In this document: piece after piece, positions 26,070 through 38,997 of the stretch
How the letters are laid out: each line of letters opens with the position of its first letter
Position numbering within the stretch: the first letter of the stretch is position 1
NCBI GenBank assembly: GCA_000165425.1
Contig: CT868677.1
Span: 1-64,000, forward strand
Reading direction: 5' to 3'
Source: Paramecium tetraurelia
Taxonomy: Eukaryota
Length of the DNA: 64,000 nt
The notes under the pieces: model-generated
Database searches by the model: none
What the model was told of the DNA's origin: nothing
The model's input: the letters and a program-made list of their open reading frames with translations, nothing else
Translations under genes and position numbers: made by a program

Positions 26070-27434
26070 TCACTCACAAGCGAATTTAAAGTCAAAAGAC
26101 GTCACACAGATTTAGAATGCTTGAAGAGGTGATAGGGGGTAGCAGAAATCAAGGTTGAACAAGAGATCATCGACTCTTCCAAATTGTAGATGAATGAATT
26201 AATGATTATTTGGTTTTACTAATTGGAAATTTTTGACTGAAGGTTTGTCTACTCTTCCAAAGAAGTTGAGAACGTGTGCTTTCATTTTGGCATCCCATCT
26301 AGGAGGTTTATTGATGAATTCCTCAATGAACTCACGCTTGTTGTTTTGATAATCATATTGAATGCCTTCATTATTATGAAGAGGTTGGAATACTTTTGGA
26401 ATGTTCCTATCTCCTACTCTAGGTATTAAGACTTTCATTTTTCGAGGGCCTTTATTCTACATGATGTGACTTTCATAATACACTATTCCCAATTGAGTTC
26501 TGAATAGGCTTGTGTCTTTGCACTTCTTTAAGTTCTTGCCCTCATCCCAAAGTATGAATTCAGTTCCAAGGAAATTGGATCTGACCTTACCCAAAAAGCA
26601 TGATTTCCTGGTTGAGAATTCTCTCTTGTCCATGGAAATCACATAATTGGAGGTGGTGTTCATAACTACTTTCTTCGCACTGAATAAGTACACATCCCCT
26701 TCGCTAGTGTAAACATGATAAACTGGGTAGAGTCTGGCAAGCCCACTCTTATCTCTTTTGATTGAGCATTGCAGGGTTTTATCTTGGATCAATGGAGAGG
26801 TGAGGAATGCCTTTCCTTTATCTTAACTTTCCATTTATTCTCTCACATACTAATAATCAAGTTTAGGAGGGAATGGATTCACTTGAACTTGACTTTGATT
26901 GCTCGATGACAGCGGCGGTTGTATGTTGGATTATGATTGTTGGGATTCATGAAATTAGGATTGTTGATCATTATCTTCGATCCTTTGCAATTAAAGAGGA
27001 TTTGGCTGTACTTGCTGATTTATATCCTCCTATTCAACCTGTTCTCCCATCTCTGATTAGAAATTGACCAATGATTAATTGTGCTAATCTTGTTCAGAAT
27101 TGTTGGATGATTCTTCTGATTAGTGTTGGAAATTGTTGGAATTTTTGTATTATATCTATTGAAACTAATTCTGCTATTCCTGTTGTTGTAGTTGTGATTC
27201 TTGTATTTTCATTTGTTATGCGGATGTTTTAGGTCTGTTCAATCTAAGGTTATTTAAATCCTATTCCTATTGATTGATTTGCTGCATTCCTGGCTCGTGT
27301 ATAATTTCCTCATCCTAGAAGTCCTTCCTTATTTTCATTTGCTGCTAATCACTTATTTTGTGATTCTTTTCTTGCTGGTTATCATCATCATCAAATTAAA
27401 TGATATTTTCCTCCTCGCTATTGTTTCTACTCAT
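26070..27434 (-). CDS. Tubby-domain protein
   Basis: IKRDKSG..LYPVY, TSNYVIS, FLGKVRSNFLGTEF, PPRWD, LNFFGRV..PSVKNFQL, QFGRV, YPLSPLQAF and FDFKFACE-TGA; Q-rich N-terminus. Confidence 0.95.
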
Positions 27435-28879
27435 ATTTTAAATTTATTATTATAATTAATCAAATATAGAAACCCCATTTATTTCCCTTTTACACCATTT
27501 AATTCTACACATGTCACCAAAATCCTCTTGTCAACTTATACTAATATTCTGTTAATTTCAATAATTAAATTTAAATCTACATCAAATTATAGTATCCATC
27601 CTTTATTAATGACACCCTCTTACCAAAGTCCTCAGGCCTAAACAACCATTACTAATCTTGGCCATACCACCACCAGAGTGATCACCAATAATAAATACCA
27701 TTACTATCGCTTACATTATGTCATTTAACTAAATCCGTCATTTAACCCCAAGATATAAATAAATGATAAAATAAACATTTCTTTAATTTAATCAAATACA
27801 TCTAAGCAAACTCTCTCCTATTTTCTTATTTAATGTACAATTCTGCTCTGTATCACTTCTATCTCCCATATTCTAACCATCAATTTACTTGAGTGAAATT
27901 CTTTTATCAAAATAATAACCAAAGTTCTCTTAAATTAATTTTAAATTAAATTTCTTCATCTATTTTATCCCAATCTAGCCATTCATATTATTTTAGGATT
28001 CTTGAATTGATTTGGATGCAATCTTATATCTAGCCATCTTTTGACCTATTTCTATCATAAAGGTTCATATGATTAGCTCTATTAGCTGGGGATCTCAAGA
28101 GTGTAATTTCAGATATTTTTGTCCAATGTATCTAAATTCTTACTAAATTAGAAGGTTCAGCAATGAGTCATCTTATTACTTTTATATCTAAACTCAAATA
28201 ATTTTGAAGATGCAGTTAATTTCTGTTAATTTTCTTTTTGGTGCAGTTTGAGTTTTAGCTAAAAGTAAAATGCCAAAAGTAGATAAGAACTTAGTAATTA
28301 CATAATTTAATCATAATATAAATGCTACTCAATTTTATAACTAAAATTCTCTTCATTTAGAAGAAGTGTTTTAATTGATGATATTTTATTATTATTACTA
28401 TTTATGGTGTTGTTCTTAAATTCCTAAAAATTAAATTATAAAATTTTGAGGATAAGATCTAATTTATTCAATTCTCTTCTTTAAACTTCCTATTGCAGGA
28501 CATGTACATTAGAATTCCCATCTCAAACTTACTTTCTAAGAAGTAAGTTGGTATATTTAATTGTTAAATTTTTAATGCCAATTTAAAAGAGGAGAATATC
28601 TATCTATCTTTTTAGGGATGTTGACTTTGAATCACCTTTCTCAACTAGTTCTTCATTGGAAATATTAATTTAAAAAGTAGTAGTTAATCAATATATGAAA
28701 AGATGTGCAATTTATGACTTTATAACATTTACAAGCTGATGTACATACTATATGGTTAGATACCTCCAGTTTTCTTTTTCCTTTTAATCTTCTTCCTGAA
28801 TTTCTGAAAAATGTTGTAGAATAAAATGATGCTTTAATACTGTAATGTACAATAATACTAATATATATAGGTCAATTAA

Positions 28880-30919
28880 TCACTTCTTAGCTAAGTATTC
28901 CATCCACTTCTGCCTGATATTTTGAGCATAGATGGAAGGTAAGTTCCGCTGAAGAGCTTACTGTAATATGTCTGCTTCGCCTAGTTTCTCAGCTTCTTAA
29001 AGAGCTTTCTGTAGAACAAAGGTTCCAAATTTGTTTTTCATCAATTCCAAACAAATGCCATCTTGTGACAATTGTTTAATGAATCGTTTTTATGTTTTTG
29101 CAGAGGTTTCTAGAATGCATTTCTCCCACAACATTCGAAGAATACTTGTGAATAGATAGTTGCACTAGTTTCTACAAAATTTTATCAATTATTGGAGTGC
29201 ATTTCTGATCTCCGTAGACCTATATATAGATTATGTATAATTACATCGATCACATGTTGTACTCCATAATTACCAAAAGGATCTTGTACGATGTCATCCA
29301 ATTGATCACGCATCTTAATTAAAATAAAGTGGCATTTCTCTTGATTATTTTTAAGTTTAGTAATGAGATCCTTCAAGACGCAAAGTCCAAATTGATGATT
29401 GACAACCTAAATGAATCTCTCCAATAATTTGCAAAATATCAAATTCAAACGATCTTCTGAGAATCTCGCAATGATCTTTTTGATCAAATGTGTTCCTTGA
29501 CTGTCCAGAGTGAGAAAGATGATATGGTTTTTTATGCTATTTTCAACCATTTCTTCTTCTTATTTGGAGGATATCAAGGAAACCAACGATTAAATAGCAT
29601 GAGTACCCTTTTTATCGCATGCAATATCCACTAGTCGATTGGAAATCTGAAAAATACATATGAATAAAAAGTTACTGTTTGTAAGATGTATAATCTCTAA
29701 TGGGGAGCACAACTCTGACTCAGACTGCCAAACATGTAATTGGCATATGGATCAACCATGAGATCGCCTATGTGTGGACCTATTTCTTGCAACAGTTGAT
29801 CCAATTCCATTTGTGTACAAGTAGTGAAATGCTTTTGGATGAGTCGACTACCATGTTGAGTTTTTTACAAAATTGACGATGTTGCCTCGTATTTGTTCAA
29901 AGCTTTTATAAATCTTCAGTCCATTCATCTGGTTGTGTTTATTCTTCCAATTGGAATGATTGAAAACGGACTCTTTGTTGAACAGGTCCAACTTGAGGTG
30001 TGAAAATGCGTGTTTTTGGTGAGAAGAGGAATGAATCAACAACAGGGGAGGATATGGGTGATTGTTTGGTGAGTTGTTTGGCTATGTCTGGAGACAAGTT
30101 GATTTGGAGTGACTTCAAGCACAATTGTGGTTGATTGTGTTCTTCTTCTAGTTACATGGAGATGCATACTGTCATCATACCCCGATGCAGATGTAATCGC
30201 TGGTGACTTTGCTTGCATTGTAGTAGAATTCATAGGTGTGGACATTCTTGGCTTCTTGCATGAGATTGCTATCCATGATGTGAACGTCGATTTGAATGCG
30301 GCCTTGCAACAATGGGACAAGGTGTTTTTGTCTTTTTCCGAAGTACTCTCTCAGATTTGCGTAATCGATTAGGATGGATGTGTTCTTCTTCTATTTGAGT
30401 GTGGTGGAATGTGTGAGGTTGAGGTAGGGTTGTTGTGCGACGGTGTGAAATATTCTGAATTCCACGAAGACTTTGACGTTCAGATCCAAGAGGTCGTAGT
30501 CTACTGGGACTCGTTCCATAATTTGCGCATGCTAGATTGAATCTGTTAAGAGGGCAAGTTATGCTGTTTTATGTTTGCAAGTGAGGGCGCATTGAGTGTG
30601 GACATCAAAGTACTGGGAAAGGAGATTGGAGTACAATTGTGTGTGACCTAATTGCACAGTTTGGTAGCAGAGCGGGCAGATTGAATTTTCATTTTGGCTC
30701 CTTCCAATTATCTCGTAATCCTCGTCCACTACTAAAAACATACACACAACTCAACTACTTAAGGATTCTTCTAATGTGCTACTACACTTTCGGGAGTCTG
30801 ACTCACTAAAAGTACAACAATCATTTAAATTCTTACTTGGCGCATTTGGAGAAGATCTCTTTGAATTCGTTCGGAACAGGGTCGTCCCATCCGAACAAAG
30901 GGTAGATGTCCTCAGTCAT
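28880..30919 (-). CDS. Pumilio/PUF RNA-binding protein with an extended N-terminus
   Basis: Eight repeats: HGSRLIQ, YANYMFG, KGTHAIQ, QGTHLIK, FGLCVLK, FGNYGVQ, YSSNVVE and FGTFVLQ. Several tiny introns; indels near 29126, 29863, 29907 and 30181. Confidence 0.88.
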
Positions 30920-31105
30920 ATTATAAACTTCTTGTGTTTTTAAAATAATAAATTGCTGACAAAAGATTGTAAAATTTAATTGGACCATTTTCTAAATGCG
31001 TCATATGAGTTATTAAAATGTGATTAGCTTTAAGCACAATAAATAATTCAATTCAGATCATACATATATATGCTTAAAATCTTAAGAAATTGATATTGCC
31101 AAACA

Positions 31106-31412
31106 TCATTAATGACAGGAGGAGTTCCCCACAAGAAAGTCGTAGCAATCAAACTTCCTATACGACAAGTTCTGATACATAAGACTGTTGCGTTCATTTC
31201 GGAACCTCATGGGAGTGATGTGCTCCGATTTCGAAGGCTTGTTGATCTTCGGCAATCTCAAAGTTGGCATCTCAAACACCTTCATCTGCTTTAACTCATA
31301 TACTAATTACGGACTTGGTTACTTTCTCTGTAATTCCTACTACTTTGGGAGTCTGCTCAAACCCATACAACTTTGCTATTCGATATGGCTGAATTATTTA
31401 TTCTTATTACAT
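31106..31412 (-). CDS. Small hypothetical protein (~94 aa)
   Basis: MQQEQIIQPYRIAKLYGFEQTPK...LRLPKINK...; one 22-nt GT-AG intron removes an in-frame TGA; TGA at 31106-31108. Confidence 0.6.
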
Positions 31413-31429
31413 TATTTTTTAAAATTTAT

Positions 31430-33571
31430 ATGTCTCAAGAATAAGAATTGCTAGCCAAGATGAAATCCTTAGAGGAAGACATCCAGAATCGACATCGACA
31501 AATCGTGTCACTGACTGATAAGGTGGAGGAATTGCAGAGATCCATCCAGAATAACTCGGAAGTATAGAATAACTTCACATTTCAATAGGTGGTTGAACTC
31601 AATGAAAAGGTTCGGATGCTTGAGTCTCAGAACATTAAATTGATTGAAAAGAATCAAAACGACGTGGTAGAGTGGCGATCAAAGGAACGTGATTTCAATG
31701 TAACATTCAATAGTTACACTAGAATCAAATTCAATCATTACAACGGAAGTTAGGCGAAGCGGAGTCTGAACTCAATGAGACTAAAGAATTGAATAAACAA
31801 TTAATCACCAAATCGAGTGAGTCTTCTGATCAACAATCACAGTTACAGCAAATCACCTCGCATTTTGAACATCTCCTCTCAGAAAAGGATTCACACATCA
31901 AAGAACGAGATCTCAAAATAACAGAATAGGATCTCATCATTAACAACCTACAAAAGGAGTTGTCTCTTGCCTCCGAAAGGGAACAGACTTCTCGAACAAT
32001 TCAAGAACAATTAAATGAACAATTGAAAATATTGGAAAAGAGACACAGTGAATTCACCTAATAGAGTGAAAAATTGGCCATCCTAACCAATGAACTCAAT
32101 ACAATCAACCAATTGAAGGAGGAATTACATAATGAGAATACCTCACTTAAGTCTTAACTATCAGAATGGGCTTCCAAAAACTCAGAACTCCAAGTTAAAG
32201 TCAAAGAATTCGAAGATCAAACCACCAGAGAGTAGACTCAAATCCAAAATCTCCAAGTGGCTCTCAAGGATTCATAAAAGGAGTATAAAGAAGAAATGAC
32301 TAAAATTATGCAAATTTTGGAGAAAATGAAAGAGAAAGTAGCGATATTCATCATATTCTAAGCATGCACATGAATAGGAGTAATACAAGTAGAGAATGCT
32401 TGAAAGAGATGACATTTTGAAGGAAGCCAAAAAACAATTTGAATAAACTACTAAACAATTCGAAAAGTAAATCTTAATAATTATATCCTCTAGAGAAAAT
32501 AATATCCTAATTACTTAAATTTAGACATCTGCAAAGACACAATCTGATCTCTAGAAAAAGATTTCAGATCTGGAATTTAAGCTAAGAGAACTTGAATTTA
32601 AACTCCAAGAAAGTAATAGACAATATATCAAATAACTTGAGCATTCCAAAGCACTTGATATTGAAGTATATACTTGTAAATACAATTAGCTCAAAAAAGC
32701 AATATAGACCTAATAGAAATTGCAAGAATAAATGATTATCAAAGACGAAGAAATGCAAAAAACCAAATAATTCTAGTTGAAGTTACTACAAGAAAATCAG
32801 GATTTAAAAACTAAATTAGATCACTATCTTCAAGTCAATACAAAAAGTAAGTCAAATGAATTACAGAATCTAAAGAATTAATTACTAGAAAAGGATCAAG
32901 AATTGGAATTGCACAGATAACAATAAAAATCATTGGCTACTCAATTAAAAACTAGTCAAGGATATGTGACAAGATTCAAAGCCAGAGTTAAATAATTGGA
33001 AATGGACAACACAGAGTTATTAAAAGCCAAGAATAATCTAGAAACACTCTTCCAAGAGATCTTAGAATAAACCAAATAGAAACAAAATATCAAAAATCTA
33101 TCCGCAATATCAAATAATCCTACCAAATATTAGATGAGTCTACTATCGCAAAGGAAGAATTACATGCAAGAAAATACATCAACTCATTCATAAGAAAATA
33201 GATCATCAAGTTAAAAATCAAACAATACTACTCCAAACAAAGTTGCAAATTCAGGTGAAGTCTCTTTTAAGAGGCCAATTTAAGTTAGTGGACACAAAAA
33301 ATCCACTCATTCAGGTTCTTAGGAAAACATTTCCATTAAATAATAGAATGAACTCAACGAAATTAAAGAATTAGATGAAAGTTAATAACAATAAACGAAG
33401 GGGTAACCTTAAGATAATTCATCCCAAGAAATCAAGCAGGCTGACAGCAAAGAAGACACTCAGAAGTTAATTGAAACCAAGGAACATCATGAAGAATAGA
33501 TTTTAAATGAGTAAGAAAACAATAATGAGGAAGTTGAGGATTTCTTGGAAGATCAAAATGATCTTGATTGA
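31430..33571 (+). CDS. Long coiled-coil protein with a low-complexity acidic tail
   Basis: MSQEQELLAKMKSLEEDIQ... with continuous heptads and several tiny introns; TGA at 33569-33571. Confidence 0.8.
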
Positions 33572-33667
33572 TTATAAATTTTTATATATAAATTTTAAAA
33601 GAATTTTTATAGAGTTCAAGTATTTATTTATTTTTGAATTCATATTATGGATCTATTTACATCTTAA

Positions 33668-35822
33668 ATGTTCGAAAATGATTCCACATTTAAGTGTTTG
33701 AAACACAACTCTCCCTTCACTATCGTTGTTACTGAGTAAAATTTTAGGAGTGAAGACAGATTACAATGTGCCAATTGTTGGAACAGTAATTAAACAGGTT
33801 TGCATACAATACCATTCCTCACTTTTGTGGAGAGGATTAAGGAACAGCAAAATTCCTTTTGTTAAAACTTAAACATGATAATACTGAAGAATTTATCAAT
33901 CATTGACTAGCTAAAAGTTTCAATTAATTCTATTAAGACTCAATTGAATTAAAAATTGACCAATTGCGAAGAGAAAATTTCATTATGGAATGCATAGCTG
34001 ATAGAATTAGGAGATAAGAATTCAAAATATAGCATACATTCTGAAGTTGACAGATTTATATAAAATGAAAGCAAGATGGATTACCTATTAGAATTAACAA
34101 GAACTATTAAGGAATTGAATTATGATTATTCCAACAAAATATAACTCTAATTGAATCATTTGATGGACTCCACCAATTATCTAAATTGTTAATAAAGTTT
34201 GCTTGACGTAAATTAGATGGATTCAGTAGATATAATAGAGAGCTGTCCCTTAATTCAAAGCAATATCCAGGTATTTGTTATTTCAATACAAGAATGATGC
34301 GAGGAAGAAACCTTTTTGTCAAGTTCATAATTAAGAGATTATTTATGTCGATTCAGATAAAGATGTTGACATAGAACTGAGGACTTCTTGTTTAAAGTGT
34401 AATAGAAGAAATGGAGATAACCTTGATGATTTTTTAAGGAAATGGGAACACTATAGTTAAGAAGGTAAAAGGCAGCTAAGGGATTAATTTTAAAAGTTAA
34501 AATTCTAAGTAAAAAGATAAAACAATGAATTGATTTCAATTAGAACAGAAATATGTCAAATTATTGATCAAAAAATCAAATAAAATAATGAAATGTTAAA
34601 GACTAGTTACGATAAGTAGTTCTAAAGTATTTAGGAATTCAACTATTAATTAAATCATTAAAGATTAAAAGAAAGTGCTCTAAAGCTAAGTAAGCAAGAG
34701 AGTGTAGTTAATTGTGTATAAAACCAGAATGAGGATTATTGCATTTTAACTTCTAAAATTAATCACATACTCCATAAGTTAGACTAGGCCTAGAAGATGA
34801 CTCTGTAAGATTTTAAAGCGATTAAACTTGAGGAGATTTCAAGTGATCCTCAAAACAATAATTCAAAAGAAGATGCTGATTAATCATGCTTTGCAGTAGC
34901 TTTTAATAAATCTGATCAAATTATGATCTCTGGTTCAGGATCTAGCATTAAAGCATGGTTATTTAATGAGGGATAATTGGTGGAAATAGAGAAGTTTGAG
35001 GCTCACGATGATAATATCTCATGTTTAGTTTTTAGCCAACATTCAAATTCTTTTATATCAGGATCCATGGATTTTACAATTAAAATATGGAAGGAAAAGA
35101 GTCAATTTAAATGGGAGAGCTCGTAAGCTTATTTAGAGCACACTGATTTTATTAGTTGTCTGATCTTGAGTTAGAATGAGGACTTTCTATTCTCAGGTAG
35201 TTATGATAGAACAATAAGAATATGGAAATTGGATTTTGGATTGAAATCATTATAGTAAGTTTAATGTTTGGAAAAGCACACTAACCTAGTTTTTGGTTTG
35301 AGTATAAATAGTTCATAATCTTAATTGGTATCTTGTGGACAGGATCAATAGATTTTACTTTGGGAGAAAGGAAATGGAAATCAATGGAATTTCAAACAGA
35401 AGGTTTAGTAGTCTATTTAAGACTTTGGATTTAGGATATAATTTATTAGTGATACTTAATTTGTTTGGAGTAGTAAGGGAATTAAGGGTTGTTTATGTTT
35501 TTTTGAACTCGAGAATGGATTGTTTATTGAAAAATAGGAGAAATAAATCAATTTGGGTGAAGATGATTGTGAAGATAAGGATTTCTTTCCAATATATTAT
35601 AATACCTAGAGAAATGTAGTGGCTATTAAACATAAGAGATCTATCTATACATTTAAAAAAGAACAGGATAACAATATTACTCTTCTTACAAATATATAAA
35701 TATTTGAGAATCCAGAATTTTATGGGTAACTTACAAATGATGGAAATTATATGGTTGCTATTTCTAAAGTACAAAACAAGAATGTATCATAATTTATAAT
35801 CAAGAAATTGCATTATTATTGA
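33668..35822 (+). CDS. WD40-repeat protein with two N-terminal Cys/His (B-box-like) plus helical modules
   Basis: CLKH...RLQCANC and CQVH...RTSCLKC modules; WD40 repeats (AHDDNISCLVF...FISGSMDFTIKIW; EHTDFISCL...LFSGSYDRTIRIW; KHTNLVFGL...LVSCGQDQQILLW); 22-nt intron. Confidence 0.85.
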
Positions 35823-36748
35823 ATTATATGAATGTCAATAACTTAATTTAGTATAATATAATATTTTTAATCTTTCATGAAGGTTTTGAGTACCTAATTT
35901 TTAATTTTAGTTTTATTTGTATTTCAATTTATAATGTCAAAATTAACAATATCAATATTGCAAATTAATAATAATATTATGTCAGGATATTTTTTCAATA
36001 AATTTCGAAAATAAAATTTAGAATGATTTCATAACTATAAATGTCAAATCTTAACATTGATTTAATAATCAATCATAATTATTTAATATTGAAATTGGCA
36101 GTGGAACAATATTGCTTAATTTATCTCTATAAGAGAAGGGTAAAATTTAGTAGTTAGAATTTCCAAATTATAGTGATTAAGTAAGTATTCAAATAGAGTA
36201 CATAGTTGAGTTTAAATGTGTCAAATTAATTGATATTCTTGCTTTTTCATTAGTCAAATATAATTTCTAAAGGTTATTTGAACTAAAGGATCAACTCATT
36301 TCAGAAAGTCATAATAAATTTTGCATATCAGGTTAAACAAGGAGAATGCTTATATATGCGCTTTGTTCAATAAATTCATAATTCTTAAGGAAGATTTTAG
36401 TTAAGATAGACAAAATTTTCATACCAGTGAAAGTGGAAAAGTAATCTGAGAATTAAACAAAATGATGTTAATTATTGTGGGTTGTGAAAACAAGAAGCTG
36501 TCTTTTTGCACAATAATTGCTTTTAATGAAAAATCAAAAGGTTTTGCATATCATGTATAATAATCCAATAGTGGAAACTTATCAAATAGAACACTCTTAG
36601 CTAAAACTAAGCTAACTGGGATAAAAAGATTATAGATTAGAAATGAATTAATCGATGATTCAAATAATATTGTATATATTATTATATTTTTGTCTAATAA
36701 TTTGAATTAAGTATTAATGAAAAAGTAAATGATAATTACAAATTATAA

Positions 36749-37439
36749 TCAACTTATGAATTTGTAATATAAAATAAGTATATTTCCTATTGTCAATATG
36801 CAAATTAAGGAGAGGAGGATCCCCTTATTGTATGATTGACGATTCTTAATCATAGTGGCATGTCTTTGAGTCATTTAAACTCCCATTTGGATTTCTTTGG
36901 TCTAGAATGATTGAGAATGATAAATACATCTTCTATGGCTTTAAGCAGCTTTTCCTTTTGATTTCTTACGTTATCTAGAATAGTTAATTAAGTATCTTCT
37001 GCCTCCAATAAGCGAGAATCCAGAGTTTCTAATTATTTTGTTTAGACCTGTAAGTCCGAGTTGAGTCCTCCGATTGGAGATGGATTTAGTTTTTTGCTAT
37101 TGCTGCTAGAATTTGAGAATGGCAGTTTCTCTAGATCGAATTGCAAGTCTCTGAGTTTCTTTTGGCATTCTACATATGTGAGTTTGTTGGCCTTCATAGA
37201 TTGGACATAGTCTTTTTAATGCATCTCTGTGAATGATCCAAATTCAATTTCCATGAATTTGAACTTGTAAATAGATATGTTTTCAATACTTGATGTTCAG
37301 CTTGGACGAAAACGAGTTTCATCTTTTCAAAAACTAGTTGTTTACTTTAAGTGAGTGCATATTATTTATAAAGATTATTAAATTCTTCCACTTTGTTCTT
37401 GAAATTTTTCTCATTTTATTTGAACATGGTTGTAGCCAT
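36749..37439 (-). CDS. Vti1-like Qb-SNARE
   Basis: N-terminal helical bundle (..FMEIEF..), SNARE motif RLLEAEDTQLTILDNVRNQKEKL and C-terminal anchor GILLSLICILTIGNILILYYKF; two 26-nt introns. Confidence 0.75.
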
Positions 37440-37573
37440 TTAAATTGATTTCAAACTCTAAAATAATTATTAATAATAATTTCAGAATAGTGTGAGTACT
37501 TGGGAATGTGATAATGTATTTATGTTATATTAAATTACTTATAGATATTTATATATATAAAATAAATTAATTA

Positions 37574-37960
37574 ATGGATCAATTGGATTAGAAATAGTTA
37601 GAATAACTAAAGCAATAGTAGGCATAGAAGGAGCAAATGGAAGAAATCAAGAAGTCCATTCTGACATAGATATTGACACCTGAGGCTAAGCAGAGATGTA
37701 TTTCAATTGGATGTTTCAATTATAGTGGCAAATATCAAGTTGGTGAAACCAGAGAAGGCAGAGTTGATTGAGGTCCAACTTTGTTAATGGGCTAAGCAAG
37801 GGAAGATTACAAACTAGCTTTCTGAGGAGGAATTGATCAAATTACTCGAAGCAGCAGAAGGATAGAAAAAGCAAGACACTAAAGTGACTGTAATATTGCA
37901 ATATAAATGGTATAGTTTAAGAGAAGGAAACTGTCGAGTGATGACGAAGATGACATTTGA
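37574..37960 (+). CDS. PDCD5: Programmed cell death protein 5 homolog
   Basis: SILTQILTPEAKQRLANIKLVKPEKA..IE...GKI..QLSEEELIKLLE...KVTFKRR..DDED; two introns. Confidence 0.93.
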
Positions 37961-37998
37961 TCTGTGTTACAATTATAAATAAACAATTAAACAAAAAC

Positions 37999-38944
37999 TC
38001 ATGTAGATAACTCTCTTAAATAATCAAAACAACCAAATTGAATGGTAGCAGCTGGAACTACTCTAACGAGTGTAATCCAGAATCCTCTGTAATAAGACAA
38101 CAATCCTTCTTTTCTCATCTTTTTTACACAATCAGAAAATGAAACATATGCTCTTTAGGCTCCCAAAGACCCGTTGATTTGAATTCTTCTACGTATGGTA
38201 TCAATGGGATATGTGAGTGCAGTTGCAGTGATGGTTGATATGGATCCGATTCCAATGAATTGTGCCAACTGCATCCAGATCTATTCGGACTTATTTTCTA
38301 TTGGTACGAGGTCTTTTAATTGATCATGGACAAGAAAACTGATTCCCAAGTATGGTACAGTGCCGCAAGAAGATAGGATGAATCCCTGATACAAAGCTGA
38401 GAACCCTTGAGTTTTGAGGGTCTTCTTGAGACAATCAAAGATTCCATTGTACAGACGAGCCTTGTTGAAATGACTCATATCGACAGTCAATTTAACACGT
38501 AAGACTTCAAGGGGATAATGTATCAGTTGATTAAGTAGGCCAGTGCAAAATCCTGCCACCAATCTGTTTGTCACTTGTCTTGTGTACTACATTGGTAATT
38601 GATAACATATTTACATTCTCTTTTTGTCGATATTCGGAAACATATTATTTGAATTTATCATAAACAGTAAATCGTATTGCAGCATTAGGAATGGTCTTAA
38701 TTACATTGAGACCGTTGCCTCTCCAGAAGGAGTACAAGCCTTGGGTTTTGTAGATCTATTTGATTCCTGACCAAGTTCGATCAATCTTGTCTTCGCATTT
38801 AAGAATGGGACTGACTTGTAGGATGAGTTTGACTCTTTCTAGAGGAGCAGTGGCTGTCTTGCTGACAGCGTAGGAAAAGGTGGTCACAGCCATGCATTTC
38901 CAAAATGTCAATCTCCTATACTACTTAGTTTCAGGATAATTCAT
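37999..38944 (-). CDS. Mitochondrial carrier (SLC25; adenine-nucleotide/CoA-type clade by motif)
   Basis: Three carrier signatures APLERVKLILQ, YPLEVLRVKL and YPIDTIRRRIQ; also FWRGNGLNVIKTIP and YRGFWITLVRVVPA. Confidence 0.93.
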
Positions 38945-38997
38945 TTTTATAATTTAATTATGACAAAAAATTGAAATATTTATATTTCATGAATTCT

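Noticed and set aside
4500..30200. Euplotes-style programmed +1 ribosomal frameshifting as the explanation for the many frameshifts
   Set aside because: The shift sites share no AAA-TAR or other common motif, include both gains and losses, and are confined to the telomere-proximal part. TAR is a sense codon here.
29900..30900. GC-richer segments (also ~39000-40700 and ~45100-48300) as horizontally acquired DNA
   Set aside because: They use TAA/TAG as Gln and, where introns occur, have typical tiny ones, so they are ordinary host coding sequence.
19452..37439. Functional cluster of trafficking and ciliary genes (VPS15, Tubby, Vti1-like)
   Set aside because: They are interspersed with unrelated genes on both strands, such genes are abundant in ciliates, and there is no evidence of co-regulation.
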